A stretch of DNA of 64,000 bases from positions 210,941 through 274,940 of the forward strand of contig MNCI01000178.1 of assembly GCA_015680685.1 (NCBI GenBank). Reading direction: 5' to 3'. The position numbers and the translations under genes were made by a program. Source of the stretch: Gnetum montanum (Eukaryota; Plantae; Gnetophyta). Under the pieces are notes generated by a model. It was not told the origin of the DNA and did no database searches. It saw only the letters and a program-made list of their open reading frames with translations. This document shows positions 12,712 through 25,286 of this stretch, one piece after another (position 1 is the stretch's first letter; every line of letters begins with the position of its first letter).

Positions 12712-14634
12712 AAAGAAGCATGGGCCACTAAACCAAAAGACACCCAGTGGCCAAAAATTAAGAACCTAGAAGTGTCTAAACGATGCATGGAATAATTTGA
12801 CACACTTATTAACTCCTATTCTAAGAAAATAACTCCAAGAGAGAGCTCAAAAATGAAAATATTAAACCATAATCATACACTAGTAGATAGGGGAACTAAT
12901 GACTTAAAATTTGAGTTTAAGAATAAACAAGAGTATATAGTTGGACCTTTTGAGATGCAAAGATCATCTAATTCAATAAAACATATATGCTTAGATGATC
13001 AAGATTCAATTACCATCAATATTACCTAGGACAATAACTAAAACACTAAATCACTAAGGATGATAAGTGAGCAACCTAGAGTGTATGATCTAGGGGATCT
13101 AAGGCCCATTTTATAAATACACACCCATGGTTTTAGTCATGGGGGGACATGCCTTATCCTAACTTGGAAATTAATAATTTATTTTTAACTTTGTTTTCTA
13201 ATTTTTTAAGGTTTATAATTCTTGTTATACCTATTCCATTTCTTACCAATCTTTACATCTTTGATAATATTTCATTCTTTTATACTTTTCCATTTCTTAA
13301 ACATTTGACATTCTCTGATGTTTTCTAATTCTTTGATAATTTTTCATTCTTTATATCTTTCTAATTTATTATATCTTTTCTAATTTTTCATGTTTCTTTA
13401 TCATTTTACTTGTACATATTTCTATCAATTTCCAATAAAACACATTGAATAAGACAAGATGTAGTTCCAATAAGGTGAAGATTTCTCTATATTATCGATC
13501 ATAAGGGACTACTTATCTATACAATAAAATCACAACATCCATCCATCCATTCCAATATTAAGAGGTTCTTACCATGGCCATAATGATATTCGTCTCATAA
13601 TAAAACTACAAATAAACTTGTGATCATTATGCCTAGGCAGAATAGTAAAGAACCAAGTGGGAATACAAAGTGTGTGACATCAAGAGGATTTTATGGATTC
13701 TCATAGATTATTGCTATATGATATATCCTATTGCTAAGAATGTATTATATCCTTGTAAATATAACCAAAAATTGAAGTAAGAGTACAATAAGTGTTGCCT
13801 AACCATGTCACTAGAAAGACATGTTACCCATGCCTAAAGGTAGTCCTCTAGTAAGGCCAACATAGTTAAAAATAAATTTCATGCATAGGATCCCACTAGA
13901 AAACATGTTATCCATGCCTAAAGGTAGGTGGATTCTTAGAAATCTAGAAAAAATGAAAAAAGCAAAATGAATAAACTCCTCCCTTGGATAATACATCAAG
14001 TGGTAATACTCCTTGCAACAATGGTAGTCTTATGGTTATAACTCTCATAGATGAAACAATGTGATGTCACTGGAAAGTGGTTTGGACTTGGCTTGAATCT
14101 CAAAATGAAAGGCTAATGATTACTTTAACCACTAATTACACATAAGGATTCATTATGCCTATGGTAAGACATCTCACATCCCGATTTCAGCAATACCTTC
14201 TACAATCCATCTCACCGCACTATATATTTAATCATAACTTATGATTTTGTATAATATAGTATTATTTTTCCAACTTGTTGATAGTAATATGTGTGTTTGC
14301 TAAATACGTGTGTCTTACATTGACCTCCTTGAGTACCTAAGGACACTTTTAAGTGTGGTTATACAAGGGCACTAAGGGCTAGAGCCTACTTTGGGGAGGA
14401 GCCACTTGTATAACTCTTGTATTTCATACTTCGTAAGAAATTCCACATCATCTTGTACCTTCCAAGATCATCAAAACATCTAATAAATACTTTCCCTACT
14501 TTCAAAAATCTATCCAAAGATCTATAACCCTTCATTTGTCTTCTATACACTTAATAAACTTTCAATGCCTAATTTTTGAAATTTGAGCACAATGGCTATT
14601 CTAAGACCCTTTAAAAACATTTCTTATCTTCCAA

Positions 14635-14778
14635 NNNNNNNNNNNNNNNNNNNNNNNNNNNNNNNNNNNNNNNNNNNNNNNNNNNNNNNNNNNNNNNNNN
14701 NNNNNNNNNNNNNNNNNNNNNNNNNNNNNNNNNNNNNNNNNNNNNNNNNNNNNNNNNNNNNNNNNNNNNNNNNNNNNN
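14635..14778. other. Assembly gap (other gaps at 43458-43530 and 54799-55230)
   Basis: Runs of N. Confidence 1.
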
Positions 14779-15101
14779 AAAATATTTCTAACACCAGAAG
14801 ATAGTCTAAGGGTAAGTAAGATGAAACACTAAAGGTATTATCATGAATTATGTACATTTAAGCCAGATAATGCAATGAATCCTCTTAATAAACCATTATA
14901 ACTAATTCTATGAAATTATAAAAAAAAAAAGATAATAAGTATTAGAGTTCATGAAAATTAAAGATTCATTTCTTAAGTGATATTATTTTGAAATTTTTCT
15001 AACTCTGTAATCATCATAAACTAAAAATGTGATCTAACCAAGAGTACGAGAAGGATTACAAACCAATACTTTGGTAATTCTAAACTCTTGATTGATTACA
15101 A

Positions 15102-17913
15102 ATGGCCCCAAAAAGACCAATAGAAGGAAGACCTTCCCAACATGGTGTCAAAAGATCAAGAGGCCATGGGAGAGGCTACACTAGAGAATGAACCCCACTA
15201 GCAGAACACACAAAGCAAGAAGCCCAATTTTTTAGTATTCATTAGTAGACACCTACTACCAAACAATTTTCTCAAGTGAAGGTAGAAGAACCCCAAGCAC
15301 CTGAACTAGGACAACACCTCACACTATTACCAGAATGCCTCCAAGCTATCCAAGAGAAGTCAATTATGTCCATCATCATTATGGAATTGAGCTTTGGCTC
15401 ATTCATGGATTTTTCTCTAGAGGTCATAAGGACACAACTCCAATAATCTCCCCTATGGTCTACATTGTCAACCAATGGAAAATGGTACTTGGGGAAACTC
15501 TTCAATTCTAGAAAAATAAAGGAGCCAATTCCATTATAAAGATAGAAGGAATTTCAATGTCATATTTTGTAGAGGTGATAGCTAAGGCCCTCAATCTGTC
15601 AAATGAAGGGGCTAACATGACATAGATATCCACACGGTTTGATATAGATGAAAAAATATTGTGGCTACACATAGCCTACAACAAGAACAATAAGGAATAT
15701 AGTGATATGACTACCAAGGAAAAGATCTATTTAAGATTGAAACCTATCATTTGTTCCCAACCAAGAGGCTTAACAAGATATCAGCTTATGCACCTAGAGG
15801 AAGCACCATTTTGATGAAAAAATTTAATGCCAACATCACCCATCTCTACTTCCTTAAAATTCAATGATGATTTGAAGAGAAGAAGGTGGGAAAGCCAATA
15901 CTACCATTTTCCTACCTAACTAGGAAGCTATGCAAATAGGTAGGCATAGTGGATTACATAAATGACATTTTGAGGAAAGCTCAAAATGCTTCATATGTAT
16001 TGATGTCAAAACCAATGCCTCTAAAAAAGGATTAGCTGGAGAAGTAAGCAGGTACTAAGGGAGCTATAGGCTCAACTCCTACTAACACTATCCAAGCTAA
16101 TGGCTAATAACAACAAGTAAGACTTGGTAGCTAGCCACCAGCTAACTAGCAACAACAACAAGTTCCACCACTACCACACCTTTAATAAGCCACCCATAGA
16201 AAATTGCAAACACCATAAGCTAGGGAAAAAGAGAAGGGGATAATCTCTACAAGGTCCAAGAAAATATAGTTAAATCCACAGTTTCGATAGAGCTTACAAG
16301 TAGGTATATTTCATTATAGTTAGGAGGAGGGGATGATTAGTCATAAAAGATCTCAAGAAATACTGAATTGCTTAAACTGATGTTGGAAATAGGAGAAGGA
16401 GCCATAGTGATGATCATGCATCATCAAGATGTAGTAGAAGCCATTAAAGTAATCATGAATCATACCAAATAGTCTTTCAATGTTCCTATTGTGTCACCAT
16501 ATGATATTCCTAAAGCAAGAGATGCAAGAATTCTTGGTGGTACCTCAATGATTCTTGCTGAACATGAGGAAATATTAGACAAGCCACTATAGATAAGGTA
16601 GGTTATGCAGAATCTCTTTGATATTCCCAATAATATCACAATAGTCCAATCTAAAGTTATCACCACCAAATAAAAATTAGTCCTAGCTAAGACCAAGGCA
16701 AAGCATGCTGACAATGATGTCCAAAGACTATAAGAATAGTTAGCAATCTTGAGAGTAGAAAGAAGACATCTGACGTAGTTTATTGTACTAGATCAACTTG
16801 ACTAGTTTAGAATAGACCATGTGTAATGCCTCATCAATCATAACATGAAGATGGAGAGAGAGAAGGAGAAGGTGGTATGTTATGCATTAGTGGTAGAAGC
16901 ACAAATGTATGCACATGCCAAGGCACTCACTACCCTACAAGAGGAGAATAAAAAATTATTTTTTAATAATTCTTGGTTGACTAACATTGAGTGACAAAAT
17001 AACATTCTTAAGGAAACCATCTAGCAACTTCAAGAATAGTCAACTCGTATCAACTAGAATATGAGTCGTTTGGCCCATGAGAACAAAACCCTATCAATGG
17101 AGGAAGTCCATGTAATCAGATAAAAGTTAGTAGTCAAAATCAACACATGACAAAATAAGGCCAAGAAGTAAGAATGACTCAAATAACATTTTAGAGATCA
17201 GGTGGGCATGTACAACTAGATCAATGAGAAAGAAATCTAGATGGCCAATGCCAAAATTAGTTCTATCTCTACACAAAATCTTGACCAGTAGCTAATATTG
17301 GATAGTTTAGCCCAAGTCCACTAGGAAAAAGTCAGAAAACAAAGACCTACAAGTTGAAGGCCTCATAGGATACATGGGGTTAGTGAATCTTTGCTATGTT
17401 AACTTGGTCATGTTGATAGCAAGTAGGCCTAGGAATGAATTGAAGCAACATGTAGCAGCGGTCTATGCCTTTTATGAGAAAGAATTTGTCAACAAAAAAG
17501 ATGCTTTATAGAAACTACATGTAGAAAATTCTTAACTTGAAATTGTGAAAGCTAACTACCAGGGACAGAAGGATGTAGTAGCTAACCTAGCTTGTAGAAT
17601 ATCTAACTATCAAGAATTAAGGAAAATAGCCAAGACTTTTAAGGAAGAATGGTGGTAATTTCCAACTTGGTATGTGAAAGCTAACTAGATGTTTCCACAA
17701 CTACCATGCCTGTGGGATGTATCGACTCCATTAAACATTGCTCAACAAGCATGAATGGAACATGATCCTAGGATAGAAGAGGATAAGATTCAGGCATTGT
17801 TAAACAGATATTAATTCAAGAAGCATGATGATAAGGGGAAGCATCTGATGGAAGATCCATGCCTGCCAAATACATAGGCTAAAACACCACCAAATTTCAT
17901 GTTGCAATCATAA
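15102..17913 (+). pseudogene. Long decayed accessory ORF (putative plant transposon protein-like N-terminus, coiled-coil C-terminus)
   Basis: Starts ATG GCC CCA AAA AGA (MAPKR). Contains IIKIEGISMSYFVEVIAKALNLSNEG and long E/K/Q-rich stretches; most stops are explicable as CAG/CAA/TGG transitions. Confidence 0.55.
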
Positions 17914-17991
17914 TTTTTTAACTTGGAACAAGGATTCATTGTAAATGTGAGATATGTAGTCTATGAGATATAATCTTGCATACTTTGACTT

Positions 17992-19530
17992 TATAAGGCC
18001 AAAAAATGCTTCAAAGTTGTTATCTTCTTGCTTCCCAAGTAGAAAAGGTACCCCATGTCCATATTTAGACTTGGAAAGGCTGAAAATGCCTTTGGAATGG
18101 CTAAATTTGGCATTTTCATGGATTTCTGTAGGGGTATAGCCCCAACTACGTTGGATCCTTTTTCAATAATCCTAGTAACTACAGTTTCAGTAGTCATAGT
18201 GGCTAGTGTAGTTAGTACCAAGACCTAGTAGAAGTACAACATTCAGATTTTTGGAATCTCAATTTTTCCAATAGTAGCCAATGTAGTCACTCCAAGTCAA
18301 CAATGCCCAACGTAGATAACATTCTTTACTAGGCATGACACTTTCCAATGGATTCCACCATTTTTGTAGTTCTCAACTTTTTCCACTTTTTCCACCACTT
18401 TTGCAATTTTTCATCAACCTTAGTGTAGTCCACCATTGCCAAAGTAGTAGATGGGTTTTGTGGCAATAACACATTCCAGACTTATCATAAATGGCAACTA
18501 CACTAAAATTAGATAATCATTGATCAAGCATCATAGTAATAGTGGTGCTAGCATAGTCACAAAAATTCATTTACTATTTATAGTACACAAATGGGTTTTG
18601 TGGCTATAGTCCATTCCAAACTTACCACAAATACTAACTACACTAGGAGAAGATAACCATTGCAACCTACATGTTGACATCAATCTGTCAGCAATCATGG
18701 TAGAGGTGCATAGGTCCCAAAAATAGCAATTCTACCCTATAAATACCTAATGTCAACACCATTTTTCAGTTTTGAACACTTAGCATTTTGGAGCACTTTG
18801 GCATTTTGCAACCTCTTGGTAGCAACAGTATTTTCCATTTTCCTATCACCAAAGCCCATTATAACCCTTGCAACCTTGCTTACACTTTCGATAGTAAAAC
18901 ATGGTACTACACTAGGCATAGAGACTTCCACGTAGTAGTCATTACACCAAAAGTGTAAATCCAATCCTATTACCTTATTGTAGACCCTAGTGGAAATCAA
19001 CAAAGAGTTGCAGGGACTAGAGCTAGGAAGAAATTGGATTATGGAGTTGCAATAGGATGCAACCTATTTTCTTCAATGGACATTAAGCTTTTGTTAGTAA
19101 GATCTTGTGCTTTTGACACAAAACCTGTACTTTGTGAACCTTCATTCTTTATTTTTTTTATAAAGCTTATTGTCCATGTTGTGCAAGTTTTAGTTTATAT
19201 TTAAATTTCTACACTTGTTTCATTTTGGATTTGTAGCTGAAATACCATTTTTGTTTCATTTCTAAAGCCATTTATGTTTTTGTTTAACTAGTTTCGTCTA
19301 CATTTTACATTTTTTTTTCATTTTCACATTTGATTTTTTCTACGATTATGTTTACATTTTCACAACCATTCTTATTTAGATTTTGTAAGTCCTTGGGTGA
19401 TTGAAAAGACTATCTAGGGTACCCTAAATCCCATTTTCTAGAGGCCCTTGGGATTCTTGGTTAAAGTTGTTCTAGCACTTAGATCTTTTGATTTTTCCCA
19501 TTACAACAACCAATATTTCTAGCTCAAACA
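17992..19530 (+). repeat. 5' LTR of A2 (~1.54 kb)
   Basis: Start tataaggccaaaaaat and end atttctagctcaaaca form a decayed terminal inverted repeat. TATAAATA at 18738-18745; PBS follows; 3' part matches bases 1-199. Confidence 0.65.
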
Positions 19531-19536
19531 TTTTTC

Positions 19537-19553
19537 TAGCACTAGAAGAAGGG
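19537..19553 (+). promoter_or_regulatory. tRNA-Asn-type PBS of A2
   Basis: tagcactagaagaaggg vs TGGCGCTAGAAGGAGGG, G>A changes only. Confidence 0.75.
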
Positions 19554-19876
19554 CCTCTACCTAAATTCTTGGTCATAAACCCATTTTAATTATTTTTTTC
19601 CTTCCATCATACCTAGAAAACTAGTGTTTCCTATCAAGCCTTCTTCCACAAGCTTTGGGGTGTGAGTAGAAATAGCGTTGGGTTTTGCTACAAATTTTTC
19701 CAACACCCATTTTGTTTAGCATCATTCCATCCAACCTCATTCCATATAAATTCATTCCTACACTAACACTTATATCCATCTAGTAGGTAAACCACTTTTC
19801 CTTTTTTCCATTTTCATCGTTTAGTATCCATTTTTTGCTACCTTTGTATTTTTGATCCACTATGTTAGTAGATTGT

Positions 19877-21111
19877 TGATGAGTGGCAAGGTACCCGTAC
19901 ACTCAACCATACAAATATGAGTGTTACACGCGCGATCCAGTTGAACTCCATAGACTAAGTGCCTACATGCCTTATGAAACACTTAAGGTTAATCATTCGT
20001 TGTCTTCCCAGACTTACTTGTAGTTGTAACGGTTGTATGGTTAAGTAAGTCTAAGGTATATGATTTTTATGTCTTTTCTGTTTTATCTCTTGTGCTACTG
20101 AGGTGAAGGGTGAAGAGACTAATTAACTAACTTTAACAAACTAACTAAGCCTTGATTAACCTAGCATTAGCATCCATTCCCACTTATCGTTCACACCCTG
20201 AACCGATGCAACCTTGGTTACCAAACGCTATTCATTACTGGGATCACCAAGCGTAACGCATGTGCTCAAAGCGGTCGTACTGAGGCACTTAACTAGGAGA
20301 GAAGGGCTGAGAGAGATTTAATGAACTAATAAAGCATTTAAATGATGAATAATAAATAACTATAAACAAATTCCTAATTAGCCTATTCCATGCACTGCCA
20401 GGTTTATCCAAGAAGTTCATCTTTATTGCGGTATACAAACTTGTGTTCAGGTACAATATTTGCTCGAATAAAGATCCGTTCACTTTGGAGTTCCTACTAT
20501 GGGCACATGGAAATTAATCTATCTCTAGAGAAGTAAAACTACCAAAGTTTCACTATGGTCTAAGCCTAGGATCAAAAACAAGGAAAAGCCACCTCTTATT
20601 TATAGACTTTGCGATGCACCGCGATATCGCGTACCCGATATCGCGGGGGACAACGCGATATCGCGGCAGACACAATATCGTGGCCAATGCAATATCGGGT
20701 CCCATCATACCTCCATGACTGAATGAAAACTTTTCCTCGAGTTCCTTGCAAAATATTGGGAAGGTATGGGATTATTGACTCAAAATGGAACTAATGGGAT
20801 GACATGTGAATGAATCATCATTACAAGACAAACTTGTGTTCAAGTACAATAGTTGCTCGAATAAAGATCTATTCACTTTGGAGTTCCTACTACGAGCACA
20901 TGGAAATTAATCTATCTCTGAAGAGGTAAAACTACTAGATTTTTGCTATGGTCTAAGTCTAGGATGAGAAACAAGGGAGAGCCTCCTCTTATTTATAGAC
21001 TTGGCAGCACACCGTGATATCACGTACGTGATATCACGGGGGATGCGATATCGTAGCAGATGCAATATCGTGTACACGATATCGTGGCCCATGCGATATC
21101 GCGTCCCATCA
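19877..21111 (-). mobile_element. Internally deleted Athila-like element: partial 5' LTR (21111-~20830), PPT region, complete 3' LTR (20707-19877)
   Basis: TGAT...ATCA termini; TSD attgt (19872-19876) / atttt (21112-21116). 20436-20707 is repeated at 20830-21111. The reverse complement of 20708-20740 matches the pre-LTR/PPT of B at 33663-33696. Confidence 0.85.
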
Positions 21112-21219
21112 ATTTTTCTACTCACTAAGTTTTCTACCAAAACATGTAAAAATACAAAAACTCAATTTTCAACATGTCATTCCAATAGTCAACCAAGTTT
21201 CCTTTCACATTCACTGACA

Positions 21220-23394
21220 ATGGGTTCAACTAGTAGGCTATGAGGGTATGTGACCCCAAAGACCCTGTTGTCATCAAGCATAGGTACTCCTTGAGACTTA
21301 GGGGGCAAATTCCTAGGGTTTTGGCAATAAATAAAGAGTACTATGACTTTATTTATGCTAAGATCTAGGCTAGCATGCTTATTCCATGAGTAGAAGCAGA
21401 AGCTAAGAGGGAATTCAAGCTCATCCATCATAATGAGAAGGAGTATATTCCCTCCTCCTATTACCAAATATTCCTTAATCATCTCTACTCTAGCGTCTTA
21501 ACCCTCCTCATTAAGGTTGAGAAAGATAATCAAAAGGCTACCTTCGATGAACAACTAGAGAAGGAAGATGAATTTGGAATAGAGTTTGAGCCTAAGAAAA
21601 TCTTTCAGGGACTCTTCCAACAAGGGACTCCTAAGACCATAATGCCCATCTTGCCCCCCTTCACCTATTCCTCTAGTCATGTCCCACCACCTTCATCCCC
21701 ACTATAGCTAACCATGTTTAAGCCAATCCCCATCATAGCCACACACCAAACGCACTTGGTGTTGCAATCCACAACCTTCCACTTTTCCATGTCATTCACT
21801 ACATAGCCTCAAATTATATAGCCATTTTCAATGATTTTTATCACCACTAACCCTCCTACCACCTAGATAGGGCTTACCATGGAACCTCAAAAAACCCAGG
21901 GGTCACACATCCCCTTTGTTTCATTTGTATCCTAGATACCAACACAAATTCCTTTCTCCTTATTTGGCCCATAGACCATAGACATGACACAACCTCTTCC
22001 CTTTATCTTACAACCAATAGTAAAATCACAAGCATCAAACCTCATGCCTCAACCCTTCATCCAAACCCCACAACCAATAGTGGCATCCCAAGGACTGGAT
22101 CAAGCTTTCTAGATGATCCAAAACTTGACTAAAGAGTTAAGGAAACTCAAAGCCTCAATGTCCTAGACTATGAAGACAATGAACTTCTACCAAGATGATC
22201 CCATTAGTCCTATATTCCCACCACTAAATCTTCCTCTTAGTGTCCATATGCCATAATTCACCAAGTACAACAATGAAGGTGATCCCAACACTCACCTAAT
22301 TACCTTCTACTCTGAGTGCTTACTGTTGTAGGTGTGGCTGCATAGTATTATATGAATCTTTCCTATGTCTTTGGCTAGAAAATCACTTGATTGGTACCAT
22401 TCCTTACTAAGAGGATCTATATCCTCTTTGGATGAGCTAATTTTACAATTCATTAACTGTCTCAAGTATAACTTGAAACTTGATACCATGTTTGACCAAC
22501 TAATGAAGGTCAAGCAAGGACCCCTTGAGCCAGTGTAGAAGTTCATCCAACGATGGAATGCTCTACTTAACAAGATACCAGAGCTGATAGCTGAAACACA
22601 CTAGTTAGTTATCTTCAAAGGGATAGTTAACTACTTCGTAAAGTCAAAATTATACTACCTCAATCCACAGTCTCTTAGTCAAGCCTTTTCCTAGACTAGG
22701 AACATAGAAGATGCTAGTAAAGCTAACCATGATCATACAGACATGGCATATAAGAATCAAAATGTGCAGTTAGATAAGAAGATGGGTAGGAAAAATAACA
22801 TAGTAATAGTGACTATACCTAAAGAGACTAAACCAACTAATGTAGGGTCAAAGACTAACCAATACAAGGTCCCTGCTACCAACAATGATGACTAGTCCTC
22901 AACCTTTGGGGCCATTGCATCAACTATGTTTAGGCCTTCTTTCATGCAAAAATACTAGTCAAAATAAACTATGTTATCCCTTAAGCTGTCGAAGCTTCTA
23001 GACCAACTGTTGAAGAGCGATAGGATCAAATATAAGTAGATGATTAAGATTGCCCATAAGAGACATGATAGGTTATGTGAAATAGCAAAAGGCCCCACTC
23101 AAGAAACTAAAGATGATCCTTCAATGCCAAAATATTTTCAGCTTAATCAATTTTGCCATTACCATCAGTTGTCAAATCACAAGACCAATTTTTACCTTGC
23201 ACTTAAAGACAACCTAGAAAAGATGATCGATAGGGGGGAGCTAGTATGAGATACTTTGAACCCAGTTAGGCCTCAAAACCAATTGATGCATGTGTATAAG
23301 TGCTAACTGAACATCAATAATAGTTCATACATCATATTGGTATTCAATGTTGATGACACTTGAATGCCTATGAGGGAGTGATTCATGATTCAGG

Positions 23395-23428
<34 letters not shown>

Positions 23429-24779
23429 ACAACAATGGAAGGGGCTCTTCAACTTATACTTGCCTAAGATCCCTTTTTGTTGTAAGGGTACCATCACAAA
23501 TGACTCCTAAAGAGCCATTTATCATCAAGGTGCCCCAACTCTCTATAGCACAACCTACCCCAACAACAGAACAACCCTCCATGGTGGCCAATGCAACATC
23601 TTCTTCCTTGCAACCAAATAGTGATAATAAGAAATTCTTAACNCCATGATCCATTAAAGTATTTAAGGGTTGAGGTCATTGTATGTTGCATTTGTTTCAT
23701 CAAGTCTAAACATTCAACAATGGTATAGGATATGACATTGGTTGCTGCCCCATCATCTACATGCACCCTATGTACTTTGTATTGCCCAACTCGTATGGTG
23801 ATAAAGATAGACACCTTGGTTACTTCATCATTTTGGGAATTTANTAATTAATAATTAATAATTCCTTAATCCATTGCAACAAGTTAAGCAATTGAGCAAA
23901 CAAAAGAACATAAGCTTGAGATTGTATGACCTAGTCATGAATTTTGCTACCCACTATGAGGCATTGGTTAACATGTTAACCTCCATTCATATTAGTGAGG
24001 ATGTCCCCACTAATGAAGATTCCATCCATGAAGTCATGGTACCCTCGTCGCCCATGGAATCAATGTCAACATCATTGGTGTTTCATGACAGAAAAGTCAA
24101 GATAAATTCCCAAAATGATGAAGTAACCAAGGTGTCTATCTTTATCACCATACGAGTTGGGCAATACAAAGTACATAGGGTGCATGTAGATGATGGGGCA
24201 GAAACCAATGTCATATCCTATACCATTGTTGAATGTTTAGACTTGATGAAACAAATGCAACATACAATGACCTCAACCCTTAAATACTTTAATGGATCAT
24301 GGGTTGTGGTCAAAGGTTCCATTTTTTTAGATTTTATGGTAGGGGAGTAATTCCCTACAATGGAAAATTTCTTGGTGGTAGAAGAAACACTAGGATTCAA
24401 CCTCATCCTAGAAAGTCCTTGGCTAGCCCAATTTCAAGCTATGTCTTCAGCTAGTCACCAAGAAATTCACTTGCCTTATGAGGGAGGTGAAATCATTATC
24501 CACAATGATAGTGCAGTCTCCTTAGCTATTAACAACATCGATGTAGAATAAGAGTTCAAAGTGGAGTTTCAAGAAAAAACTCCTACCATTGGTCTCAAAA
24601 TCGAAGAATTTGATAAAGCCAAAGAGGCCAAAATAAACAATGATGAACCCATTGATGTGTCATGGGGAGATCTCCCCTTCAACATTGTCAGTGAAGGAGA
24701 TGGAGAGTATAAATTAGTGCAAAATAGATCATATGCATTTCCTAGTCTCTCGAAGATTAGGAAGCACTTGCACAAGTGA
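21220..24779 (+). pseudogene. Decayed gag + protease of A2, ending at the same stop as A1
   Basis: FTKYNNEGDPNTHL, FCHYHQLSNHKTNF, VHVDDGAETNVIS, FNLILESPWL; ends YKLVQNRSYAFPSLSKIRKHLHK*. Confidence 0.85.
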
Positions 24780-25122
24780 TATATGCTCATAATCCTTCTT
24801 ATACCCTATGCGCTTATAACTCTATAACTATATGTACCTATAACAAATTAGATTTTAAATTACTGTACTCTTCATCTTGTTGTAGATGATCAAATCTATA
24901 AAATATAAAATAAGAAAAATCATATACCTCAATTACACTTAAACCATACCGTTGAGTCTCACAAGTGTAGTTGGGAAGACAACGAATGTTCTCAATGCCC
25001 ACTTCAAATCCTAGAAGAGATAGTGTACTAAATAACTATAGGTCCATGGAATTCAACTAGATCATGCATAACATGTTAGTGATTCATATGGTTGGGCATA
25101 GGGCTACCTCGCCACTCATCAT

Positions 25123-25141
25123 TGGCATCATTGTTGAGGAT
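25123..25141 (+). promoter_or_regulatory. tRNA-Asp-type PBS of B
   Basis: tggcatcattgttgaggat vs TGGCGCCGTTGCCGGGGAT, transitions only; this PBS type is typical of Athila. Confidence 0.8.
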
Positions 25142-25286
25142 ATTTTTGTTTTTTCTTTTGTGCTATCTAAGACCTAATGAAAAGTATTTAACTCATTGGA
25201 ATAAACCTTAGAGTCATATATTATCTTACAATTACTACAACAAAAATTTAGAAGCACACTATGATTTTTATTTCGCTAACCAAAAA

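Larger units (their letters stand above)
8642..17991 (+). mobile_element. Athila-like element copy C: 5' LTR, gag-protease, no RT/RH/INT, 3' UTR, extra ORF; 3' end not seen
   Basis: LTR 3' end (tatggttggg...ctcatca) and PBS match B. Gag/protease align with 26170-28330. UTR landmarks tagtcatggggg (13136 vs 31646) and gcctactttggg(g)agga (14384 vs 32970) are shared. Assigning the part after the N-gap to C is inferred. Confidence 0.7.

Noticed and set aside
15102-17913. True retroviral envelope gene
   Set aside because: No clear signal peptide or transmembrane segment in the recoverable frame; called an accessory ORF only.
23644-23843. Inverted repeat / hairpin within the A2 protease region
   Set aside because: Near-exact reverse complement of ~24104-24303, bounded by single n characters; most likely a gap-filling artefact.
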